Assembly: GCF_022045235.1 (NCBI RefSeq) | Contig: NW_027266275.1 | Span: 29,016,001-29,080,000, forward strand | DNA length: 64,000 bases | Source: Haliotis cracherodii | Taxonomy: Eukaryota | Reading direction: 5' to 3' | Shown here: piece by piece, positions 51,086 to 63,200 of the stretch | Position numbering within the stretch: position 1 is the stretch's first letter | Layout: every line of letters starts with the position of its first letter | Translations under genes and position numbers: made by a program | The notes under the pieces: model-generated | Told to the model about the DNA's origin: nothing | Databases searched by the model: none | The model's input: the letters and a program-made list of their open reading frames with translations, nothing else

Positions 51086-52462
51086 GGGGCACACGGGATG
51101 TCTCCTCGAGCGTGATGAGGGGATGAATGTTGTTTGTCCGTGAGTGGATGAAGATGTCAAGAGTTGCTTCTTTTGGTCCACTTTATATTTAAACACGTCA
51201 ATGTTATGAAGTCAGCTATGGTGTTACTGTTTGGTACATGGCATGAATGTCAGAAGCATCCATGAATAATGGTGTGCACAGTGAATAACAGAATACAATA
51301 TTATGTTGTTTTATGAATGAATGAATTGGTCAAGATTTGTCAGTATAACTGGTTTTGCAAGAAAACTTTCATGTTACATCACTGTTATTTATGTCCCAAT
51401 TGTCAGTGTCAGAGACAAATAAATTCATTTACCTCCGTATTGAATAATCATTGAATTGTACATCACAGTAGCATTTCTTTCGCAGATTATCTGTATGTAT
51501 ATATGCAGCATAATGAGATATGTCCTCCAAACATCATAATCATAATAATGACTCCAGGAAAGTTTTCTTTCAGAGGCCATGCCATAAAATTCCTTTTCAG
51601 TTTTGTCTGTAGACATGATTTTCTACCCGATGAAATTAGGTCACTATTAATGAATTATTAGATGTCATCCATTTTTTTAAAACTGTGTGACGTTATATTT
51701 TGTGCAATTTGTTTTAAAACAAATTATTCAGGGCATTGGTGTACATTAACTGCCAGTCGATGTTAGTGCAATGAATTATGACTATGATAGGACGACCTAT
51801 ATTATGTAAAATGGTGTATTTCATCAAGACAAGTACCGTAAGCAGGGTGAACTAATATAAATTTCCTTTGTTTGTCCTTGGGGACAATAAAATTATGTAA
51901 TGTGGGCAGAGGTGAAAATCTAATAATTTGTTGACTGGTATTATGTTCTATTATGGCCTTAGACTGTACCAGGACAATACAGTCCACTCTGAATACAACA
52001 CAGTCTCATACAACCTAAACGTCAGCTATTTCAAACCTACACTAGTATATTACTCATGTAGAGTTGACTCACTGGATATAACACACTTATTGTGCAGCTC
52101 CTGTGGAGTGTTATATCCAGAGTTGACTCACTGGATATAACACACTTTTTGTGCAGCTCCTGTGGAGTGTTATGTCCTGTGTTGACTAACTGTGGATATA
52201 ACAAGCTGATTGTGAAGAGTTATATCCAGAGTCAGCTTGATTATGTTTCAAGGTTTGTCAGTACCATTCCTTGGCTCTGTGTTTTCACCAAAGTGGAAAA
52301 TGTCTAAGACCTGGACCACTTAGCCCACTTCAGTAACTCAAGTACTGTTCAAAGCAGCGCTAAACCAAAATCACTCATTCACCGTATATTGTTTGTGAAT
52401 CCAAGATTGTTGTTGAACATATATTGTTACTACAGTCTTTCCTTGCAATGTCTGAATGTATA

Positions 52463-52477
52463 TTTATTGGTAATAAA
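52463..52477. terminator. Palindromic double polyadenylation signal between convergent FBXL15 and ZGRF1
   Basis: TTTATT-GGT-AATAAA, followed on plus by a GT/T-rich stretch. Confidence 0.4.
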
Positions 52478-53271
52478 GAATGTTTTCAACATGTTTAATG
52501 TGGTTTCCCAACTTTACTGTCAGTTGTCATCTTCAGCTAGCACTAGGAGCAGTGGAGTAGCCTAGTGGGTAAGGCGTCCACTCATTACACTGAAGGCCCA
52601 GGTTCGAATCCCCACATGGGTACAAAATGTATAGCCCAATGCTGGTTTCCCTAGAAATATTCCTGGAAAATTACTAAAAGTGTCCTAAAACACACACTCC
52701 TTGGCAACAAAGATTGATGGGCTGACAAAGGTAGAAGTTGTTTTGTTTGTTTGTTTGTTTAATGACGAAGTCAGCAGTATTCAAATCTGGGACAGACAAA
52801 CCAGTGGTTGATATTATAAGCAACAACCCACGCCATCAGGGTACGCTACACAGAATCAACAATGTCACCGAGCCTCAGCAACTCCAACCAGCAATAGAAT
52901 GCTGAGGACATACTGGAGACAAAATTTGTAAAGACTGGTGACAAAAAGTACAGCAGACATGAGCAAAAGCTTAACTATTAGTACTGAAATAATCACAAAA
53001 GAGAGAATTCTTAGAATAAAATATATATTTTTTCCTTTGATTTGAGAGAAAACAATCCTACATATACTTTTCACATCATTACACTCAACCTAGTACATAT
53101 CACAGTCGGAACAGTCACTACACCAGATGTTTCAGGAATAATCCGAAATGTAGATTTAAAGAGGGGGATGTTCAGTGAGACTGGGAATCTTCACAAGCAT
53201 CTGGAGTACAAAATGGAAAACTAACTCAACACATGTAAAGAACAGTCACCACGTCAGCTCTGGTCTGATTT

Positions 53272-53681
53272 GTATGATGCAAGATCGTCATCACTTTAGC
53301 ACTGGTTGTCACATATATGATGGCAAATCTTCATCACTTTAGCACTGGTTGTCACATATATATGATTGCAAATCTTCATCACTTAAGCCGTGGTTGTCAC
53401 ATATATGATGGCAAATCTTCACTTTAGCACTGTTTGTCACATATATGATGGCAAATCTTCATCACTTTAGCACTGGTTGTCACATATATGATTGCAAATC
53501 TTCATCACTTAAGCCGTGGTTGTCACATATATGATGGCAAATCTTCATCACTTTAGCCCTGGTTGTCACATATATGATGGCAAATCTTCATCACTTAAGC
53601 TGCGGTTGTCACATATATGATGGCAAATCTTCATCACTTAAGCTGCGGTTGTCACATATATGATGGCAAATCTTCATCACT
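53272..53681. repeat. Minisatellite, 43-bp unit, about 9 copies, containing the last 9 codons and TGA of ZGRF1
   Basis: Minus-strand unit AGTGATGAAGATTTGCCATCATATATGTGACAACCGCAGCTTA. Confidence 0.95.
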
Positions 53682-56600
53682 GGAGTTCATCTTGTCATCC
53701 AGAAACACTCCCGGATCTAACAAGTGAGAGCGTCGTGGCCGCTTATTCTTCTTACATTCTGTGCTGAGCGTGTTCACAGAACATTCTGATAATACAAAGT
53801 CTTCAGTGAGGAGAATATCCTGACTGACCCCAGAACCAGCACCATCAGCAACAGCCATGTTGTCATTCACAGGGACATCTAGTGGAGTCAGAATCTCAAC
53901 ACTTTGTCCTGAACTGTCCGTACCTTGCCCTGAAACACATCACATCATATTACCAACAGATGGGGTACTCTCGAAGGAAGAGGGTTTCCAAAAGAGGTGG
54001 ATGTCTGCTTGAGTGAGTGATGGGCAATACTGCTCTCACTTCATAAAGTTTGTTGGTTGTTTAACGCCGCACTCAGCAATATTCCAGATATATGACAGCC
54101 GCCTGTAATTAATCGAGTCTGGACCAGACAATCCAGTGATTGACATCATGAGCATCGATCCACGCAATTGGGATCGATGACATGCATCAGCCAAGTTATC
54201 AACCACCCGATACCGTTACTTGCCTTTTACGACAAGCATAGTTGCCTTTTACGGCAAGCATGGGTTGCTGAAGACCTATTCTACCCTGGATCTTCACGGG
54301 TCCACTTCATAATGAGTGAGTTTGGTGTGACACTGTACTGCACAGTACTTTAGTTACATAACAGTGTGTCAGCTTGAGGGAGGAAAGCCTGAAGTGATGC
54401 AGGACTTAGACGATTTCCACTCTGGCGAAACCCAGGGGTATAGGTATGGTGCTGACAGACATAACCATGATGAACAGGGATTTGAACCCATGTTTATAGG
54501 TTTCTGGCACACCGCAGGGACCCAACTCTTGTACAGCGACCTGCTGTGTATCAGTCAACTGGGCCACCTGTCCCATCACTTCATATCAGGGAACAACAAA
54601 TGGTTGCATTTCGAAAAACATGCAGGCAGCCAAACCTAGGCCCTAGTAGACAGAAGAGTCTGATATCCACAACAACACCCTACTGCTGCTTTGGCGATGG
54701 CTTTCTTTATCAAAGCTGGACTATTATTGTTATCAATCTGTATTACTCCGTACACCCACCTGACAGAGACATGGGGGGGCTGTCCTCCCCCTTGCATCGC
54801 TTCCTCTTCCTACTCGTCCTTTTCTTCCTGCCCTGCCCCATGCTCTCACTGCCTGGCCCCTCCTGAGAGGACCCGGTTAATGCCTGACCTTGTCTCTCCT
54901 CCACCAACGCAGCCAGCTCGACGGTGGCTGTGGAAGACATCTGCAGACCTCGGGGATAATCTGCAGTCAGTGAAATGCCTGCCGTCATCATGTTCTCACA
55001 TATTTGAGGATCCGAGAAAGCAGCAAGACATATTCAAATACTCAGATGTGACCTCACTAATATTCTGTATTCATGAGACATTTTCACATACTAGTATCTC
55101 TTGATACAATGCTACATCTACATGACTGTATTGTCTTGATTCACACACTGACATGAGGCACATTCACTTCGAGGCTCACATTCTGTTCTAGAATAAATTC
55201 AATACGATGAAAGATATGACAGTCACAAGGAATAAGAAAGACATGCACATAGACTAATAAAAGTATGCTTGACACATGGACTGTGAAAGATATGACAGGT
55301 ATGTGGACTGTGAAAGGTATGACAGGTACAAGGGCTGTGAAAAATATGACAGGTACATGGACTGTGAAAGGTATGACAGGTACAAGGACTGTGAAAGATA
55401 TGACAGGTACATGGACTGTGAAAGATATGACAGGTACATGGACTGTGAAAGGTATGACAGGTACAAGGGCTGTGAAAGATATGACAGGTACATGGACTGT
55501 GAAAGGTATGACAGGTACAAGGGCTGTGAAAGATATGACAGGTACATGGACTGTGAAAGGTATGACAGGTACAAGGACTGTGAAAGATATGACAGGTACA
55601 TGGACTGTGAAAGGTATGACAGGTACAAGGACTGTGAAAGATATGACAGGTACATGGACTGTGAAAGATATGACAGGTACATGGACTGTGAAAGGTATGA
55701 CAGGTACAAGGGCTGTGAAAGATATGACAGGTACATGGACTGTGAAAGGTATGACAGGTACAAGGGCTGTGAAAGATATGACAGGTACATGGACTGTGAA
55801 AGATATGACAGGTACAAGGACTGTGAAAGATATGACAGGTACATGGATTGTGAAAGGTATGACAGGTACAAGGACTGTGAAAGGTATGACAGGTACAAGG
55901 ACTGTGAAAGATATGACAGGTACATGGACTATGAAAGGTATGACAGGTACAAGGACTGTGAAAGATATGACAGGTACATGGACTGTGAAAGGTATGACAG
56001 GTACATGGACTGAAAGGTATGACAGGTACAAGGACTGTGAAAGGTATGACAGGTACAAGGACTGTGAAAGATATGACAGGTACATGGACTATGAAAGGTA
56101 TGACAGGTACAAGGACTGTGAAAGATATGACAGGTACATGGACTGTGAAAGATATGACAGGTACAAGGACTGTGAAAGGCATGACAGGTATGTGGACTGT
56201 GAAAGATATGACAGGGACAAGGACTGTGAAAGATATGACAGGTACATGGACTGTGAAAGATATAACAGGTACATGGACTGTGAAAGATATGACAGGTACA
56301 TGGACTGTGAAAGATATGACAGGTACATGGACTGTGAAAGATATGACAGGTACATGGACTGTGAAAGATATGACAGGTACATGGACTGTGAAAGATATAA
56401 CAGGTACATGGACTGTGAAAGATATGACAGGTACGTGGAATAAGAAAGACATGCATATAGACTAATAAAAGTATGCTTGACACATTGACTGACAGATATG
56501 ACAGGTATGTGGACTGAGAAAGATATGACAGGGACATGGACTGTGAAAGATATGACAGGTACATGGACTGTGAAAGGTATGACAGGGACAAGGACTGTGA

Positions 56601-57275
56601 AAGATATGACAGGTACATGGACTGTGAAAGATATGACAGGGACAGGGACTGTGAAAGATATGACAGGGACAGGGACTGTGAAAGATATGATAGGTACATG
56701 GACTGTGAAAGATATGACAGGGACATTGACTGTGAAAGATATGACAGGTACATGGACTGTGAAAGATATGACAGGGACATGGACTGTGAAAGATATGACA
56801 GGGACATGGACTGTGAAAGATATTATAGGCACATGGACTGTGAAAGATATGACAGGGACATGGACTGTGAAAGATATGACAGGGACAAGGACTGTGAAAG
56901 ATATGACAGGGACAAGGACTGTGAAAGATATGATAGGCACATGGACTGTGAAAGGTATGACAGGGACAAGAACTGTGAAAGATTTGACAGGTACATGGAC
57001 TGTGAAAGATATGATAGGCACAAGGAGTATGAGGAAGGTGTGAGATGGTATTTTGGAACTGTTGTATACCTCTACAGATCCGTATGACACGAGACCACAG
57101 TTTGTTGCGAGACAGGTTCTTCTGATGGCCCACGATCAGCAGGTGATGTCTGGCCCGTGTTAGTGCCACGTTCGCTCTCCTGACAACACATCACTGTAAC
57201 AGTAACTCAAACACACTACATGTAATACAGTTACATGTAACCTTGCTGAGCCATGTGGAACTTATTATCAGCTAA

Positions 57276-57322
<47 letters not shown>

Positions 57323-60168
57323 AAGTGCAAAAGCAACACCATAAAGCTTGCTCAAAGTGCTACATTATTACCCTGGTCAATGGATGAGTGTGCACTAAAT
57401 TTTCATTCTCAACTTCCTGGGGATTATACAACTAAATCAACACAAAAGACATCAATTAATTTTTTAAGGTTAGGTTTATTTTCTTTGCCAAATACCAATG
57501 TTTTATTCTTATTAAAGAGATGTTAAAATGAAAAAGCATGGATTTTTAGCAACAACATTTGATGAACATGTCTTTTTGTTGTTTTTAAATATCCCATTTT
57601 TGATATTGTTGAAACAGCCATACTTGTCACTGTCTATGAAGCCAATGTTGTTGCTGCGGACACAGGAGAGGATGATGACGTCCTTCTCACCGCCTTGAAA
57701 GGCATCCACCGTGGACACCTGGACACACTTGAGCTGCTTGTTGACGGCGGGGCTGAGAGGCACAAACACACCTATCAGCAACTACATTGTAGTATTTCTA
57801 CCATCTCAGCAACTAACGGGATCGGGTGGTCAGGCTCGCTGACTTGGTTGAACATATCCCAATTGCTTAGATCGATGATCATGATCTTAATCACTGGATT
57901 GTCTGGTCCAGATTTGATTATTTACAGACTGCCATCATGTAGCTGGAATATTGCTGAGTGTGGCGTTAAACAACAAACGATAATCTACCATCTCAGTAGG
58001 GTAGATTCATGGTTGAAGCATAGGTTGTCAGGCTGAAGGCCCAGGTTTGAATACCCACATGGGTACAATGTGTGAAACACAATGTGTCTCCCAGCCATGA
58101 TTTTACTTGATTGGGATAAATGTTGTAAAACCATACTCACACACACTACCTTTTTGTGTCCCTGAAATTGCAGACAATGTTAATATGGACGAAACCAACA
58201 GAATCCCAATTAATCTTCAACCCAGCTGTCATCATGGTTGGCATTGTTTAAAAATATGAATAGACTGAAATAAGGACAGCACTATTTCTTAATTAATTGT
58301 TTCTTGCCTGGCAGTAACCTTTTCCTCTGAGGATAATCTGTGGCTGCTTGAAAAGGTTATACTCTAGTGATAGGTCAAAACTGTTAAGACAAAACATTTT
58401 ATGCATTAGGGACAAAAACAGGCTATTTTAACCCCTGTTACATGCCATCTTTTGCTTAGTATTCTTTCTCCCACACAATATGTAGACCTTCCCATTGCAA
58501 GCTAAACAAGTAATAATTAATTGATTAATAATTGTGACAATGACTGAAGCCTGGTCAAAATCTAGTTAAAATTGCAGGCAATGCAGGCAATAACATATTT
58601 CACTGAATTGTTCACTTTACTATATTTCAGTACTGTACAGACGAAATACAATTAAGGTCCAAACAGTATTAGATATAATACACTTCTTTGCTTTTTAACA
58701 AAAGCAGTTTTAACATAATTGCACATTATACATGTTGGAGTATTTGTGTTCTTACAGCATTGGCATAAAACAAGTACTTTTCTGTATTCATATTAATGAC
58801 AGTACTGTATTAAACTTCAGAATATTTGGAAAGATGTAAAATTTAGATTTTATGTAACTTTGCCTAAGATGGCTATAAGCTGGACAAATTAACAAAAAGT
58901 GATATTCATTTTCGATATGGTTTAAGTTACAAACTTTACATTTTCTAAATTCACGAGGAATATTATAATGTCGTCCATGTTCAAAATCTAAATTGGGAGA
59001 ACTAAGCCGAAAAACGAGTCAATGTGGTTTTGACTTTATTTACAGTAATACTAATCAAAAAAGTTCTCACATAAAATGGATGTTTTAAACTGTGCATGAT
59101 AAGCCATTTTGGCGTTTTCAGATAAATCACTGTGCCAAACCTGAAAAAAGTTGTCTTTTAACCGTTGACGTAACATATTTTAAAATAGGGTTTTATTACC
59201 ACATGTTTGAAAGAACCAGACATCACCAAATCTTAAAATAACAGTTTTAAGTTTCGTTAACCAATTTACATGGCCTTGTTCATCGTATAACATATTGTAA
59301 CATTTTGGGGGTAAGCGGGATTCCTGCATATTTAAAATAGACAGACAATATTTGACAGATTTCAAAACAGCAAGCAACTGGATAGAGTATCTACCACACT
59401 CACCTTACACCCCATTATTTGAACTTTACATTTAAAAGGCGCTTACAGGCATACAACTGTCACTGAACCCCGAAATTTCGGCCCCAAATAAAAGTATTGG
59501 TGTTATCTTTGCATCAAATAATTTGAAGTAAAAGTGAGGTGAGTGTGGTTTCAAGGAAGGTATACTACTTAAATTGAATTGTATTGATGGAACTTTTGGT
59601 CACAATACTGTCAAGTTTCCACCAAATTCATAATGTTTGGGATCTCTGCATTTATCCGCCTTTTACGACAAGAATATATTCCTGGAGACCTATTTTAACT
59701 CAGAATCCCTGGAGGGCTATGAAACAGAATTACTTGTCTGTGTGTAGACTTGTGATGATCTTGTACATCTGAGCCTTGTAGAGCGTGATGACCCCGATAC
59801 TCCCGGCCTCCACCCCCTCCATCACCAGGGCATGGATCAGCAGCACCACCAGCCTGGCCTCACTCTCGTTGTAGTAGCTCCCCGAGCCATCCGTCACTTC
59901 CTGGCCCCCCGCCTCATCGTAGAAACTCAGGGTTGGGAACACAGGCTGGAACAAGACAACAAGACTTTAAAAACTAGGGACACTACGAAACAGGAAAAAC
60001 TTATTACCATTTGATATACTTTGCCTTCTTTATCTTGTAAATATCACTGCATGTCAGCTGTGGCACAAAGGACAAAACTGATGACAAGGTGGTTACCACT
60101 TAATGAGGTGAGGTGAAATGGGGTTTAAGGTCGCGTCCAAGATTATTGCACTTATATAGCGATGTGCA

Positions 60169-60207
<39 letters not shown>

Positions 60208-63200
60208 CTGCTTGTACTAGTCCGGACTGATGCCAACTTATAGTGCTAGCTCACTGAGATACAATGCCGCAGTTTAACATGAATACCCCACTCAGACACA
60301 GTATACTGACTCCGAGCTGACCAGTCCTTGTTTTAGCCCCTTAATGCCGAGCGCCAGACAGGGTAACAAGTACCATCTTATAGCGTCTTTTGGTATGACA
60401 CGGTCGGTGATCGAACCCCGGACCTTCCGATCTCCGGGCGGACGTTCTACCACTAGACCATAGAGGCGGTCCTACCACTTAATGAAACCCACAAGCAAGG
60501 ATCATAATTAGGGTGACACTGGGATCCTAAACCATGATCCTGGCAGGGCAAAGGGAGACAACCCCTTAACCACTGTGCCACCAGTGCCCCTGAATATTAA
60601 CACTAATACTGGTAATAATTGTACAATTTGTCATAACGATTCAAAGACAAACAAAGGTAAAAACAATTCATCACATAATATACATTCTGCAATGATATTG
60701 CTCTTGTAAACAGATCATCTGGATTGTACAACTCACGGATAGTGGCTGTCTGCTGTCCTCGGTCACTCCATCACACAGTTGGCCCCTGTAGAACAAGGTG
60801 TTGGCGATGCCACTGATCCGAGGGTGACAGCGGTACTGAGTTCGCAGCAGCACAGGACAGTAGTCCTAGCAACAGGAGGGGAAGGTTGATCATGTCATGT
60901 TGTGTTGTTTGTTTGTTGTTTAATGCCACACTCAGCAATATTACAGCCATATGATGGCAGTCTGTACCTAATCAAATCTGGACCAGACAATCCAGTGATT
61001 GACATCATGAACATCGATCCACGCAACTGGGATGATGACATGCATCAACCAAGTCAGTGAGCCTGACCACCCGATCCCATTAGTTGCCTCTTACAGCAAG
61101 CATGGGTTGCTGAAGACCTATTCTGACCCAGATCTTCACGGGTGGTCATGTTACATATTAAGGACATTGGTGACGTACCCCAGCACTCTCTTGTCAGGGT
61201 GTAGGGCTACATAAGGCTACATAAGGCTACATAAGGCTTAAAGAGGGACTATGGTCGATGGTCTGGTGTTCTATATGTTGTAATGAAACTCAGCGTCTGT
61301 GTAACAAAGGTCATGATTAGCTACTGGACTGACTTGAATCCATCTTGCTAGGAGAGACAACTGGCCCAGCTTTGTCTTTCTTTAACAAATGTTGTACATA
61401 TGGGACATTTACAACAGAATCCATCAATTGAGTTTTATATGGATATATAAGCCTGTCCTGGTATTGGTAAATGAAGTGGTTAGGCCAAAATAAATTCAAC
61501 ATTAGATTTTTATCTCAATTTTAAAAAACATAAGGCGAGAGGCATTTTGTTTTTTATATCTGTTACCTACCAACTTCATCAACCGGTCAAACAAAGTTTG
61601 TTCCAAGCCATCAGTGTGGGCTGCCTCAGAGCCTTGTATAGTCGGGTCAAGTTGCTGAACAAACAAGGGAAATATTTCTTAATTATACCTGGATGTTAAA
61701 TAAAGGTACAACATACATCAAACATTGTCATAGTTTTATATTAATAAAATCTGTTCCTCAATCGATCATTTACAATAAGTAAGCGAGGGAGTTTTAACAC
61801 CATTTTCAACGGTATTTCAGTGTCACATCCTCCTTTATCCAGGGTTTCATATCTATTATGATAAATACCCTGGACCCATCATAGACATCACCTATTGCAC
61901 ATTGTACACAGAAGTCTCGTGTTCAGTGGAGTAATTTGACAGGGATGCTACTTGCAGAGTTGGGTATACAAACTGAGCCCAAACAAAGCGGTGCTGACCA
62001 ATGGGTCCGGGGTGCTTACATCGGCATGTAGATACAACACAATGAATAATGAAGGCTGACAGGGAATGCTGGATTGACGACCATACCTTGGGGTCCCCCA
62101 CCAGCACCAGGTTCTCACAGCTGAACCGGGCTATCGGCAGCAGGGACGACGGCTCTGTCATCTGACTGCACTCGTCAAGCACCACAAACTACAACCAAAC
62201 ATAAACATAGGTCTAGGATAGTAATTACTTGGTTCTTCAAGAATTTAATTGTAGAATTTCGCTGTCCACATTCTTCAATCAGTCATCAAGGCTGAGTTCT
62301 TAAACTGCTCAAATTTGTTAGTCGGAAGTATAGTCAATTCAAAACATCATGTAAAAGTGTCCTGGTTAATGTAACCCGTCATGCCACTATATCTTTATGC
62401 ATTGACAGACCACTGGAGTTATATTTACATTTATACTAACACACTAATTTTTGTACGAAAATAATATACAAATCTGGACTTAGTTCTTGTTAAAATTACA
62501 TTATTAGTGTAGTGTCCATGACCCATTCAAAAACATACTCTAACTCAAAAGACTGGAAATACCACTAGCGAATCAGCAAAACAAGTTATTCTATTATTCA
62601 GGTTAAAGCAGATTTTAGCAATTGCAATACGATGTAGACACCCTGCCTCCCCCGAGGATTGCTCAAGATCCTTTGTGACTAATGTATACACTTACTGGGA
62701 AGTGCATGTTGTGGAGGCAGTTGAAGCTGCAGGCCGCACACGTTGCCCCCACCACTCGCACTCCGCCCAGTTTCTGTGAGAAATACATGAGCCAGTTTAT
62801 ATACTCACCGCCAAATGAAACACGAATATAATACATGGTGGTTAATATATGAAGAATTACTCATACTCAAAGAGATATTAGATTTGTTTGATGCACAAAT
62901 GAACATGCTGGTATGTTGTGTGAACCGACAACTCATGAACCCACCCCCCTCAGATCCATGACTCGAGATGCACCAACTGTCTTGTGCAGGATTACCGTGT
63001 AAAGTTTGGAAATCATGACTGATTAGTAGTTTTGTCATTAAGTGGTACACTTTGAAAACATCTCTTCTAAATGTGCATACTTTTCTATATGTTTTCATGG
63101 TTTCAATAGTTTGATATGAGTATATTTGTGGCTGGAGGGGAGCAGGGAAAGAAGAGAGGGGGGCCTTTGATTTTTGTTTGAGACAATATATTTTCAGTCC

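Noticed and set aside
53630-53654. Selenocysteine or read-through at the ZGRF1 TGA
   Set aside because: Another TGA follows after five codons, the repeat unit is not a multiple of three, and no SECIS element was evident.
55141-57090. ORFs up to 409 aa (CERYDRY, CHIFHSP repeats) resembling metal-binding proteins
   Set aside because: A 27-bp repeat open in nearly all frames on both strands; no independent evidence of coding.
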